A DNA stretch of 64,000 bases from Elusimicrobiota bacterium (GTDB lineage: Bacteria > Elusimicrobiota > Elusimicrobia > UBA1565 > UBA9628): assembly GCA_016191335.1 (NCBI GenBank), contig JACPOW010000076.1, positions 24 to 64,023 of the forward strand. The letters run 5' to 3'. Under the pieces are notes generated by a model. The model did no database searches. It saw only the letters and a program-made list of their open reading frames with translations, and was not told the origin of the DNA. Both the position numbers and the translations under genes were made by a program. The stretch's first letter is position 1. Every line of letters starts with the position of its first letter. Below are positions 18,554 to 26,568 of this stretch, piece by piece.

Positions 18554-18948
18554 CAGGACGCCTCGGTCACGATCTCGAAGGCGGGCGGGTTCATGATGTG
18601 CTTCTTGGCCGTGCACAGGTTCGCCGTCGAGATGACGCTGTCCCGGTACTTCTCCGGGAAGCCCTTCGGCAGGCGGATCTTGAGGACGATCTTGGAGACG
18701 CGATGCTCGGCGTCGTCCCACACGGCGGTCTGCGTGAGTTCCAGGCCCTCGGTCGGCAGGTCGCGCTTGCGGCAGAAGCTCAGGACGAAGATGCCCGCGC
18801 AGGTCCCGAGCGAGGCGAGGAACAGCTCGAAGGGCGCGGGCGCGGTCCCGTCGCCGCCGGCCTCCTTGGGCTGGTCGGTGACGACGGTGAAGCCGTCGAA
18901 CTCGGCGGTCACCTTCTTGTTGCCCGGAAAGCGGATCTTCATCTCCAT
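18553..18948 (-). CDS. OsmC/Ohr-family peroxiredoxin-like protein
   Basis: Start trimmed to MEMKIRFPGNKK..., preceded by GGGGAGAAAACC. OsmC-like motifs include ..PFELFLASLGTCAGI.. and ..ISTANLCTAKKH.. (two conserved Cys). Confidence 0.8.
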   Translation of the reverse strand: MEMKIRFPGNKKVTAEFDGFTVVTDQPKEAGGDGTAPAPFELFLASLGTCAGIFVLSFCRKRDLPTEGLELTQTAVWDDAEHRVSKIVLKIRLPKGFPEKYRDSVISTANLCTAKKHIMNPPAFEIVTEAS

Positions 18949-19046
18949 GGTTTTCTCCCCTTCATTGAGATGCTCGGGGACGGGAAAGGATTCGCCGGTC
19001 CGGCCGGTTCTCGACGCAGGGTCAAGCAACGGAACGGCCGCGCCCC

Positions 19047-19075
19047 TTGACCCCCGTCGGGGCCGGGGCTATCCT
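19047..19075 (+). promoter_or_regulatory. Sigma70-type promoter candidate TTGACC-17-TATCCT ending 6 nt before the ATG at 19082 (leaderless-type)
   Basis: TTGACC at 19047..19052, 17 nt of spacer, TATCCT at 19070..19075, then TGACCC ATG. No Shine-Dalgarno sequence. Confidence 0.5.
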
Positions 19076-19081
19076 TGACCC

Positions 19082-19858
19082 ATGAACAAAGCCCTCTTTT
19101 TCCTGGCCGCCTTGCTGGCCGTCGCCGCTCCCGCGCTCCGCGCCGAGGACGACGACGCGGACGAGGCGCCGGCGGCGGAGCAGGAGACCGAGGCCGCGCC
19201 GGCCGCCGCCGCGGCGCCCGCGGCCGAGGGCCAGGCCCTCGGCGGCACGGGGCTGCGCCGTCAGAAGCCGTATAAACCGGGCCAGCGCAAGACGGCCTCG
19301 CCGGCGGAGAGCGTCGGCCAAGGCGCGTCCGGGGCGGAGGACGGGGAAGAGGCGGAGGAGCCCGTGCGACGGCGTCAGGAGACGCGGACGCCCGTCTTCG
19401 GCGGCGCGAGCGGTGCCGGCGGGGAAGCCTCCGGCGGTCCCGCGCCGGCGGGCATCACCGTGTACCAAGCCCTCAATTATCCGACCTTCGATCCCATCCC
19501 GCACAAGGGCGCCCATCCGCACTTCGTCTTCAGGTCGATCGGGGAAGCCGTCTCGATCCGCTTCACCGGGACCGCCGGCGGAGGCTGGAACGTCAGCTCG
19601 GGCACGGACGGCCACGACTGCAACGCGCATCTGTGGATCTCCGCGAGCCCCGGAGGCAAGCCCGTCGGGCCGGCCTGCGACGATGATTCTGCCCCCGGCT
19701 CCCCGGCGCAGAACTACGTCACCGTGGACTTCGTCTCGGCCGCCCCGAGGTCCGCGTGCCCGCTGAAGGCGGGCCGATACTACTTCGTCAACATGATGGT
19801 GAAGTCCAAGTGGGGCCACTGCTCCTTGTATCTCGACCCGATGGGCAGCGTGCGCTAG
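19082..19858 (+). CDS. Secreted hypothetical protein (acidic/Ala-rich linker plus Cys-containing C-terminal domain)
   Basis: Signal peptide MNKALFFLAALLAVAAPALRA, a low-complexity region, then a roughly 130-aa domain with five Cys residues. High GC3 in this frame. No family recognised. Confidence 0.6.
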   Translation: MNKALFFLAALLAVAAPALRAEDDDADEAPAAEQETEAAPAAAAAPAAEGQALGGTGLRRQKPYKPGQRKTASPAESVGQGASGAEDGEEAEEPVRRRQETRTPVFGGASGAGGEASGGPAPAGITVYQALNYPTFDPIPHKGAHPHFVFRSIGEAVSIRFTGTAGGGWNVSSGTDGHDCNAHLWISASPGGKPVGPACDDDSAPGSPAQNYVTVDFVSAAPRSACPLKAGRYYFVNMMVKSKWGHCSLYLDPMGSVR

Positions 19859-21033
19859 GCCAGGCGGCCGATCTCGCCGCGAAGCGACCACAGCACCGCG
19901 GACTGGACGCCGAACACCGCGACCATCAGGGCGGTGAAAGGGCCCAGTCTCTCGGCATGGATGAGCAGCGGAAAGGCCGCGGCGGCGCCGAGGATCCGTC
20001 CGCCCTGCATCAGGCCGATCCCCAGGGAGTAATAGAAGCCCGCCTTCCCCCCGGCCGGGGTCAGGCGCATCAGGGTGAACTGCGCCGTCGAGCCCACCAT
20101 GAGCTCCCCCAAGGTGATGAGGAGCATCCCGCCGAACACCCAGAGCTGGGACGCCATGCCCCAGCCCGCGAGCAGGATGCCGAGCACGGTCAGCAGCATC
20201 CCGCCGGCGATGGTGATCCAGGGCCGGCGGAACAGCCGCGTCGCCTGCACGGCGAAGGCGGCGCACAGGACGGTGTTGAGGATCATCATCGTCGAGAAGC
20301 GGTGCAGGCCCTCCCCGGGGTGGAGGACCTCCAGGCGCCCGGCCCCGCCTTCCATGAACAGCTCGTAGAAGAAGGACCAGCCCATCAGGACGAGCGCGCA
20401 GCGGAAGAAGGCCCAGCGGGAGGAGGAGCCTCCGGCGCTCTCCCCGCTCAGGCTCCCGCCGTCCCGGGGCGCCCCCTCCCTGCGGGGAAGGATGCTCCGG
20501 CCGATGAAGAACGCGGTCAGAGAGGTCGCGGCGTCGAACAGGAACAGCGGCAGCAGGCCGAGGCGCGCGCCGAGGGCCGCCACCGAGAAGCTGAACACCT
20601 GGGCGAAGTTGTTGACCATGCGCATCCAGCCCAGCGCCTCCTTCTGATGGCCGCGCTCGACCTGATCCATCAGCAGCAGGCGCTGGACCACGTTCATCAG
20701 CGCCTCGGAGAACTGCGCGAGCATGCCGAAGAGGAGGATCAGCGCGGTCGAGGAGGCGAACGGGAGGGCTCCGAGGCCGGCGGCGGACAGGAGCAAAGCG
20801 GCGAGCACGAGGGTCCGCGAGCTGAAGCGGTCGGTGAGCGCGCCGCCCGCGAGCGTCCCGGCGAGCATCGTGCCCTTGAGCATGGAGAGCACGAAGGAGC
20901 CCTCCCCCGTCGACACCCCGCGCTCGACGAGGAGGATCGCGATCAGGCTGAGGCCGATGGAGCCGACCTTGTTGGTGAAGGTCGTCAGCAGGACGGGGCG
21001 GCTCTGGCGGAAGGCGGGCGAGTCGGTGATCAG
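19855..21033 (-). CDS. MFS transporter (start codon uncertain)
   Basis: About 12 TM-like segments and MFS motif A (GGALTDRFSSR). No ATG, GTG or TTG exists between the upstream OMP stop (21030..21032) and the first TM helix, so only CTG (21033) or ATC (21030) is available. The 675-aa track ORF is a run-through into the OMP gene. Confidence 0.7.
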   Translation of the reverse strand: MITDSPAFRQSRPVLLTTFTNKVGSIGLSLIAILLVERGVSTGEGSFVLSMLKGTMLAGTLAGGALTDRFSSRTLVLAALLLSAAGLGALPFASSTALILLFGMLAQFSEALMNVVQRLLLMDQVERGHQKEALGWMRMVNNFAQVFSFSVAALGARLGLLPLFLFDAATSLTAFFIGRSILPRREGAPRDGGSLSGESAGGSSSRWAFFRCALVLMGWSFFYELFMEGGAGRLEVLHPGEGLHRFSTMMILNTVLCAAFAVQATRLFRRPWITIAGGMLLTVLGILLAGWGMASQLWVFGGMLLITLGELMVGSTAQFTLMRLTPAGGKAGFYYSLGIGLMQGGRILGAAAAFPLLIHAERLGPFTALMVAVFGVQSAVLWSLRGEIGRLA

Positions 21034-21908
21034 AACTTGAAGCTGGCGCCGAAGTTGAAGTACTTCGTGTCGGGCGAGCCCTTCTGGCGGACCACCTCGT
21101 AGCCGAGGTCCAGCCCGAAGCCGCCGAACTTCATCGCCGCGCCGGCGCTCGCCGCCGCGGAGGCGGGCTGAGGCTGGATCTCGTAGCGGGTCGTGGTCAA
21201 CGAGGCGTAAGGGCTGAACGCGAGCCAGCGCGAGTAGTCGAGCCGGACGGTGCCGCTGCGGGACGGGAAGCCGTTGACGAGCGACGCGGTCTCCGCCAGG
21301 CGCGGGCGGCGGCGGGCGGCCGCGGGCAGGTCGTTGAAGTCCTGGTCGTAGAGCGAGCGCGAGGCGTCCACGGACAGCGTCAGGTCCCAGGCCGTGGCGG
21401 ACGCGGTGACGCCGAGGTCGTTCTGGTTGATGATGACGTCGCGCGCCGTCGGCAGGGCCGGCGTGGCGGGGACGATCTGCGAGTGGCGGGTCTGCGACCA
21501 GAAGGCGCCCAGCTCGAGCTCCTCGAGCCCCGTGGGCTCGTCGGAGTCGTCCAGGAGGAAGGTCCAGCTCGCGTCGGCGCCGAAGCTGCGGTTGGCGTAG
21601 GAATCGTTGCGCGGCGTGACCGAGAACGAGAGCCCGGCGGCGAGGTTCTCCCCCTGATAGGACGCCCGCAGGCCGGCGGTGCGCGTCGTGCCCGTCGAGC
21701 CGTCGTAGCGGTAGTCGGAGTAGCTGCCTTTGATCTTCCAGGCGTCGCCGTACTGGAGCGAGGCGCCCCGGCCCAGGTAGCCCCCCGTGCCGACGGTGCC
21801 GCGCGCGGCGGCCTTCACCCCGACGGGCCGGGCGTCCCCCTCCTCGGCGCGGACGGGGCCGGCGAAGGACATCAGGACGCACGCAAGGACGGGTAGGTAG
21901 CCTCTCAT
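21030..21908 (-). CDS. Outer-membrane beta-barrel protein
   Basis: Signal peptide MRGYLPVLACVLMSFAGPVRA, alternating amphipathic beta-strand pattern rich in aromatic/Gly residues, and a C-terminal ..YFNFGASFKF ending in Phe (OMP sorting signature). Confidence 0.7.
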   Translation of the reverse strand: MRGYLPVLACVLMSFAGPVRAEEGDARPVGVKAAARGTVGTGGYLGRGASLQYGDAWKIKGSYSDYRYDGSTGTTRTAGLRASYQGENLAAGLSFSVTPRNDSYANRSFGADASWTFLLDDSDEPTGLEELELGAFWSQTRHSQIVPATPALPTARDVIINQNDLGVTASATAWDLTLSVDASRSLYDQDFNDLPAAARRRPRLAETASLVNGFPSRSGTVRLDYSRWLAFSPYASLTTTRYEIQPQPASAAASAGAAMKFGGFGLDLGYEVVRQKGSPDTKYFNFGASFKF

Positions 21909-21939
21909 TGTGAGGCTATGTTAGCAAAGTTGCCGTTTC

Positions 21940-22857
21940 TTAGACGAACATCGCCACGAAGGCGTTGAGGCGGCGGGCGACGTCGAGCAGCAGGCCGTGG
22001 AGCTGGAGCGGCTCCGCGTAGACCTCGACGTGGCGGACCATGTCCACCGTCGCGATCGGGATGGTGAAGCAGAAGGTCGAGCCCGAGCCCTTCCAGGACT
22101 CGGCCCAGATGCGGCCGCCGTGGAGCTCGACCATCGCGCGGGCCAGGGTCAGGCCGAGGCCGGTGCCCGCGGCCTTGCGCTGGGCCGAGCCGCTGGCCTG
22201 CTCGAACATGCCGAAGATCTTCTCGAGCTCGTCGTGGGCGATGCCGCAGCCCGTGTCCTTGACCTTGAAGAGCAAGGTCCCGGCGTGCTCGTACTTCCCC
22301 TCGGAGACCGTGATCGTCACCGTGCCGCGCGACGGCGTGAACTTGATCGCGTTGGAGATCAGGTTCATCAGGACCTGGACGACGCGGCGGCTCTCCGCGG
22401 CGCAGCGCGGCAGGAGCGGCGCGAAGTCCTTGTTGATCTTCACGCCCTTGGCGGTGGCCATGGCGCGAAGGCTGTCGGCGGCGTCGTCGACGAGGGTGCG
22501 GGCGTCACAGGGTTCCTTGACGATCGCGAGCTTGCCGGCCGCGATCTTGCTGTAATCCATGATGTCGTTCACGAGACCTTCGAGCCGCATCGTGTTGCGG
22601 ATCGCCAAGGAAAGCATCTGCTTCTCGTCGCCCTGGAGGCGGCTCTCGATCTGCTCCGACAGGATCTCGAGGCCGAGGCGGATGGAGGTGACCGGCGCGC
22701 GGAGCTCGTGGGCCAGATAGGCGGCCTGGACCTTCGAGTCGGGGCGGCGGAGGGCCGTGGGGGCCTGCGCCTTGGCGGCGGGCTTCGCGGGCGCCAGCTC
22801 GAAAGCCGGGGCCTCGCGGATGACCATGTCCTCCCACTGCGGCTGTGTCGCGTCCAT
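21940..22857 (-). CDS. Cytoplasmic histidine kinase core with no sensor or TM domain
   Basis: H-box AHELRAPVTSI, N-box VLMNLISNAIKFT, G1 VKDTGCGI, F-box FGMFEQ, G2 GTGLGLTLA. Only about 50 non-hydrophobic residues precede the H-box. Confidence 0.85.
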   Translation of the reverse strand: MDATQPQWEDMVIREAPAFELAPAKPAAKAQAPTALRRPDSKVQAAYLAHELRAPVTSIRLGLEILSEQIESRLQGDEKQMLSLAIRNTMRLEGLVNDIMDYSKIAAGKLAIVKEPCDARTLVDDAADSLRAMATAKGVKINKDFAPLLPRCAAESRRVVQVLMNLISNAIKFTPSRGTVTITVSEGKYEHAGTLLFKVKDTGCGIAHDELEKIFGMFEQASGSAQRKAAGTGLGLTLARAMVELHGGRIWAESWKGSGSTFCFTIPIATVDMVRHVEVYAEPLQLHGLLLDVARRLNAFVAMFV

Positions 22858-22916
22858 GACGATTATATAACCCTATCGTGTTACGCCGTTATTACGAGTA
22901 AACTTACATCCGGGGT

Positions 22917-23495
22917 ATGCAACTTTTCGACCCCCTCGATCGTATGATAGGTGGGATGACCGACATCGACTGGGACGCTTTGATCGACGCGACCGCCGCC
23001 AAGGCGTACCGTTTCGCCTTGGGGCTGTGCGGCAACGAGGAGGACGCCAAGGAGCTGGTGCAGGAGGCCTACGCCAAGGCCATGGACCGCATCGGCACCC
23101 ACGACGCCTCCCAGCCGTTCGAGGCCTGGTTTTTGACCGTTTTAAAGCACCTTTACCTGGACGGGGCCCGGAGATACGAGAAACGATACGGCCAGTCCCT
23201 GGACCACCCGATCGACGAGACCGGCCTGACGGTGGCCGACGCGGTGGCCGATGTCCGGGAGATGTCCCTGCTCGAACGCCTGGAGCGGCAGGAGAACTCG
23301 AAGCTGGTCCGCCGGGCGATGCGGGCGCTCACGCCGGACGCCCGGGCGGTGCTGATGATGATCGATCTGGAAGGGCTCGGCTACGAACAGGCGGCCGCGG
23401 TGATGGGCTGCCCGTTGAACACTTTGCGCTCGCGCATCGTGCGCGCTCGCACGGCGCTGAAGGAACGACTGCTGGCCCTGGAGGTCACTTTATGA
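22917..23495 (+). CDS. ECF-type RNA polymerase sigma factor
   Basis: Region 2 reads AYRFALGLCGNEEDAKELVQEAYAKA..FEAWFLTVLKHLYLD. Region 4 reads LTPDARAVLMMIDLEGLGYEQAAAVMGCPLNTLRSRIVRAR. The true start may be an internal ATG (22944 or 22956) if the ECF-like promoter at 22918..22944 is real. Confidence 0.9.
   Translation: MQLFDPLDRMIGGMTDIDWDALIDATAAKAYRFALGLCGNEEDAKELVQEAYAKAMDRIGTHDASQPFEAWFLTVLKHLYLDGARRYEKRYGQSLDHPIDETGLTVADAVADVREMSLLERLERQENSKLVRRAMRALTPDARAVLMMIDLEGLGYEQAAAVMGCPLNTLRSRIVRARTALKERLLALEVTL
22918..22944 (+). promoter_or_regulatory. ECF-type promoter candidate TGCAAC-N17-CGTA inside the 5' end of the annotated sigma ORF
   Basis: Resembles the ECF consensus (G)AAC-N16/17-CGT(A). 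ATG codons follow at 22944 and 22956. Confidence 0.3.
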
Positions 23496-23842
23496 ACGAA
23501 GACGACGAAGCCCGCCTCTCGAAGGCGGCGATGAAGTCCCTGCGAGTCCCCGCCCCGGAGAGCCTCACGGCGGACCTCAAGCGTCTGGCCCGGAACCGGA
23601 AGCCGGCGCCCTCGATCTGGGAGGGTTTGCGGGAGGCGATGAGCGGCGGCGCCTGGGCGTACGGGGCGGGCGCGGCGTTCGCCGCGGCCGCGGTCGGCGC
23701 CTTCATCCTCAGGGCGGTCCCGGAGCGCGAGGGCGCCCCGGCGGTCGCGGAACGGCCGGTCCGGGCGATCGAGGGCGCGGCCCCTCAGGCCCTCGCGGAC
23801 CTGTGGTCGGACGACGACGGAGGCGACGATGACGAGATATAA
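23492..23842 (+). CDS. Putative single-pass anti-sigma factor
   Basis: The ATG overlaps the sigma stop (ATGA). 116 aa starting MNEDDEARLSKAAMKSL.., with one TM helix (GAWAYGAGAAFAAAAVGAFIL) and an acidic tail. The call rests on position and architecture only. Confidence 0.55.
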   Translation: MNEDDEARLSKAAMKSLRVPAPESLTADLKRLARNRKPAPSIWEGLREAMSGGAWAYGAGAAFAAAAVGAFILRAVPEREGAPAVAERPVRAIEGAAPQALADLWSDDDGGDDDEI

Positions 23843-24551
23843 GCTGGCGGCCCTGCTCGTCCTGGCGGCTCTCCCCCTTCAGGCGAAGCCGCGCGCGCCG
23901 CGGCCCGGCGCCGACGAGCTGCTGCTGAGGGCCCTGTCCGGGCCCGCGACCGGATATTCCGCCGTGCAACGGGTGCAGGTGTTCATCCCCGGCAAGAAGC
24001 CGAAGGCGCTCAAGGTCAACGTGACCGCGCAGCCTTGGGGGCAGGTCCGTCGCGAGGTCCTGCCGCCCAAGAAGAAGGCGGCGCCCCTCGTCGAGGTCCG
24101 CGACCCGGAGAAGCCCGAGGCGGGGCTGGCCCGCCTCCGCGCGCTCTATGAGATCTCGGTGTCCACCGGCGGGGTCGTGGCCAAGCGCAAGACGTGGAAG
24201 CTCGAGCTGCGGCTGAAGTCCGGGGTCCTGCGCCGCGCGCTGTGGGTGGACCGCGACAGCGGCCTGCTGATGAAGCGCGAGACGTATCGCGACGACGGGT
24301 CTCTTCGCCGAAGGGAGCGGATCGTGAAGCTCGAGCTTCCCGCCCCGGTCCAGGCCTCGTTCAAGACCGCGCCCGTCTCCGGGCCGTGGGCGCCGGACGG
24401 GTTCGTGTTCGTCGGCGAGAGCGGCGGGGCGCGGCGCTGGTCGAACGGCCTGGAGAGCTACGAGGTCCGGACCGTCGGCGGGAAGCCCGTCGTGAGCGGC
24501 GACCTGGCCGAGGACGACGCGGCGCGCGTCCTCGAGACGGCGGGACGGTGA
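23829..24551 (+). CDS. Periplasmic MucB/RseB-like (LolA-fold-like) protein
   Basis: Signal peptide MTRYKLAALLVLAALPLQA and a central block ..KRKTWKLELRLKSGVLRRALWVDRDSGLLMKRETYRDDGSLRRRERIV.. that resembles the RseB N-domain. It is the third gene of the sigma/anti-sigma operon. Confidence 0.45.
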   Translation: MTRYKLAALLVLAALPLQAKPRAPRPGADELLLRALSGPATGYSAVQRVQVFIPGKKPKALKVNVTAQPWGQVRREVLPPKKKAAPLVEVRDPEKPEAGLARLRALYEISVSTGGVVAKRKTWKLELRLKSGVLRRALWVDRDSGLLMKRETYRDDGSLRRRERIVKLELPAPVQASFKTAPVSGPWAPDGFVFVGESGGARRWSNGLESYEVRTVGGKPVVSGDLAEDDAARVLETAGR

Positions 24552-24556
24552 GCCTC

Positions 24557-25123
24557 ATGGACACCGAGCGTCCGCGCGAGAAGCTGGCGCGCCGCGGGCC
24601 CGAGGCCCTGACCGACGCCGAGCTGGTGTCCGTGATCCTGAGCGTGACCGCGCGCCGGGCCGAGTCGATCGTGAAGGAAGGCGGCGGCCGCGGCCGGGAG
24701 GCGGCGCTCGAGGAGTACGCCAAGCGCCGGCGGGCCTTCGACCCTCGCCCCGTCGTGGACGGCGCGCGCGCGGCCGCGGGGCTCGTGCCGTCCGAGGCGC
24801 GCTGCGCCCGCAAGGAGCACTTCCTCGTCCTGTGCCTCAACGCCCGCCGCCAGCTCCTGCGCATCGAGACGGTGTCGGTGGGGACCTTGTCGGCGAGCCT
24901 CGTCCATCCGCGCGAGGTGTTCGCCCCCGCCATCTCCCACGGGGCCGCGGCCGTCGTCGCCGTCCACAACCACCCGTCCGGCGACCCGTCCCCCTCGGCG
25001 GAGGACCGGGAGGCGACGCGCCGGCTCCAGCGCGCGGGCGAATTGCTCGGCATACCGCTGGCCGACCACGTGATCGTGTCGGAGTCTTCGTTCTTCAGCT
25101 TCCGCGAGAGCGGGCTTCTGTGA
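24557..25123 (+). CDS. radC: RadC-family JAB/MPN domain protein
   Basis: Start trimmed to MDTERPREKLARRGPEALTDAELVSVIL (typical RadC N-terminus). JAMM motif VAVHNHPSGDPSPSAED. Confidence 0.85.
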   Translation: MDTERPREKLARRGPEALTDAELVSVILSVTARRAESIVKEGGGRGREAALEEYAKRRRAFDPRPVVDGARAAAGLVPSEARCARKEHFLVLCLNARRQLLRIETVSVGTLSASLVHPREVFAPAISHGAAAVVAVHNHPSGDPSPSAEDREATRRLQRAGELLGIPLADHVIVSESSFFSFRESGLL

Positions 25124-25177
25124 CTGTTTCCGGAAACAGTCAACTATTCATAATCACTCTTCCCGGGAAGAGTGATT
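25122..25177 (+). terminator. Two perfect palindromes downstream of radC (20 nt at 25122..25141; 26 nt at 25152..25177)
   Basis: GACTGTTTCCGGAAACAGTC and AATCACTCTTCCCGGGAAGAGTGATT. The first begins inside the radC stop codon. There is no clear U-tract. Confidence 0.4.
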
Positions 25178-25203
25178 ATCAGTAGTGGATCCCCGGTAAT
25201 AGC

Positions 25204-25209
25204 TAAAAT
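25204..25209 (+). promoter_or_regulatory. -10-like TAAAAT, 5 nt upstream of the ATG at 25215
   Basis: AGC TAAAAT CAATC ATG, with no Shine-Dalgarno sequence. Confidence 0.35.
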
Positions 25210-25214
25210 CAATC

Positions 25215-25748
25215 ATGCTTCCCGTTCTGATGTTGTTCCTCATCCCCGTCGGCGGCGGCATCCCCGCCGGCGTGCTCCTGGCCAGCCGCACGGGCGTCCC
25301 CTGGCCGGCGGCCGCGGGGCTTTACTTCGTCTCCGACCTCATCCTGGCGGTCGTCTTCGAGCCGGTCCTCCGCCTCCTCGTCGCGCTGGGCCGGAAGGTC
25401 CCCGTCCTCGCGCGCGTCAGCGCGGCGATGAAGGCCTCGATGGAGCGCACCGCGGCCCACTACGGCGGCGTGAGCGCCGGGCCGTTCACGCTCGTAATGA
25501 TCGCCTTCGGCGTGGACCCGATGACCGGGCGCGCCGCGGCCATGGCCGCCGGGCACGGGTTCGTCGCGGGCTGGGCGATCGCGATCGCGGGCGACATGAT
25601 GTACTACGCCGTGATCGCCTACTCCACCTTGAAGCTGAGCTCGTACTTCAAGGACCCGAACACCGCGATGTGGATCGTCCTCGGCGGGATGATCGTCGTG
25701 CCCGTTTTGGTCCGCCGCCTGAAAGTGGCATACTCCAAGAAGCGATGA
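25215..25748 (+). CDS. Small multi-pass membrane protein (possibly COG2426 small-export-protein-like)
   Basis: 177 aa with 4-5 hydrophobic segments, beginning IPVGGGIPAGVLLA.. The family assignment is tentative. Confidence 0.65.
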   Translation: MLPVLMLFLIPVGGGIPAGVLLASRTGVPWPAAAGLYFVSDLILAVVFEPVLRLLVALGRKVPVLARVSAAMKASMERTAAHYGGVSAGPFTLVMIAFGVDPMTGRAAAMAAGHGFVAGWAIAIAGDMMYYAVIAYSTLKLSSYFKDPNTAMWIVLGGMIVVPVLVRRLKVAYSKKR

Positions 25749-26563
25749 ACTTTCCCCGGCTCGCCGTCCTCGCCGCCGCCGTCCTCCTCGCGGGCTGCGA
25801 CACCTATCACTACCTGGCCGGGACCCTCCAGGAGGACGCGCGGCGCCCTGTCCAGGCCGTGAAGCAGTACGAGAAGTTCCTGGCCTCCCGCCCCACGGAC
25901 CCGCGCGCCTGCGAGGTGCGCCTGCGCGCCGCCGAGCTGTACCGCACCGTGTTCGGCCGCTGCGCCGAGGCCCGCGCCCATTACGAGGCGGCGGCGCGCG
26001 ATTTCCCGCGGGTCGCGGCCTGCCTCGAGCGCGCCAAGACCGGCCTCCTGCGCTGCCCGGACTACTTCCCCACCGACACCGGCCGGACCTGGGTGTACGT
26101 GGACAGCGCCAGCCGCGGCAAGGCGATGCGCCTCGAATGGGAGGCCCGCGCCTCCTCGGGCACCGTCGGCTCGATCTCCTCGGCGCTGTACGCCGGCGAC
26201 AAGCGCATCCAGGTGAAGACGGAGTATTACCAGAAGGCCGACTGGGCCGTCTGGCGCGTGGACAAGGACGGCCGCGAGGCGCTCATCCGCTACCCCTACA
26301 ACGAGGCGATGGCCTGGAGCGCCAAGCGCGGGAAGTCGAAGGTCGAGTACCTCGTCGTCTCGGCCTCGACCACGGTCACGGCCGCGGCCGGGACCTTCAC
26401 CGGCTGCCTCAAGATACGCGAGAAGGACAGCGCCTTCAAGGGCTCCTGGCGCTACGACTATTACTGCCCCGGCGTCGGCCGCGTGAAGACCACGATCGGC
26501 GGCCCCGGCTTCGAGAACCCGAACACCGAGCTCAGCCGCTACGACGGGGATTTGGTAAAATAG
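25745..26563 (+). CDS. Lipoprotein, hypothetical
   Basis: The ATG overlaps the upstream stop (ATGA). MNFPRLAVLAAAVLLAGC carries a lipobox (LLAGC), with TPR-like helical text near the N-terminus. Confidence 0.7.
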   Translation: MNFPRLAVLAAAVLLAGCDTYHYLAGTLQEDARRPVQAVKQYEKFLASRPTDPRACEVRLRAAELYRTVFGRCAEARAHYEAAARDFPRVAACLERAKTGLLRCPDYFPTDTGRTWVYVDSASRGKAMRLEWEARASSGTVGSISSALYAGDKRIQVKTEYYQKADWAVWRVDKDGREALIRYPYNEAMAWSAKRGKSKVEYLVVSASTTVTAAAGTFTGCLKIREKDSAFKGSWRYDYYCPGVGRVKTTIGGPGFENPNTELSRYDGDLVK

Positions 26564-26568
26564 AGCCG

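Noticed and set aside
1-19000. T6SS, Tc-toxin or two-partner-secretion genes (PAAR, VgrG, Hcp, TcA/TcB, TpsB) flanking the Rhs gene
   Set aside because: None of the flanking ORFs shows the corresponding motifs. This absence is reported as part of a finding rather than as a feature. The genes could still exist elsewhere in the genome.
19855-21882. Run-through N-terminal extensions of track ORFs (19855..21882, 30710..32887, 47009..49975, 49108..51903, 50298..51701, 58031..59512, 61712..63871, 18176..18721, 24194..25123, 25172..26563, 26137..27708, 36386..38098, 36817..38886, 39845..41173, 40696..42183, 45575..46960, 58933..60348)
   Set aside because: The upstream parts are Arg-rich off-frame read-through across the neighbouring real gene. 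Each was trimmed to the first start giving a sensible N-terminus, usually one that overlaps the upstream stop by 1-4 nt.
24557-25123. RadC as a marker of a mobile element or anti-restriction island
   Set aside because: It has the full-length housekeeping-type RadC N-terminus. There is no integrase, conjugation or phage gene nearby, and its composition matches the flanks.
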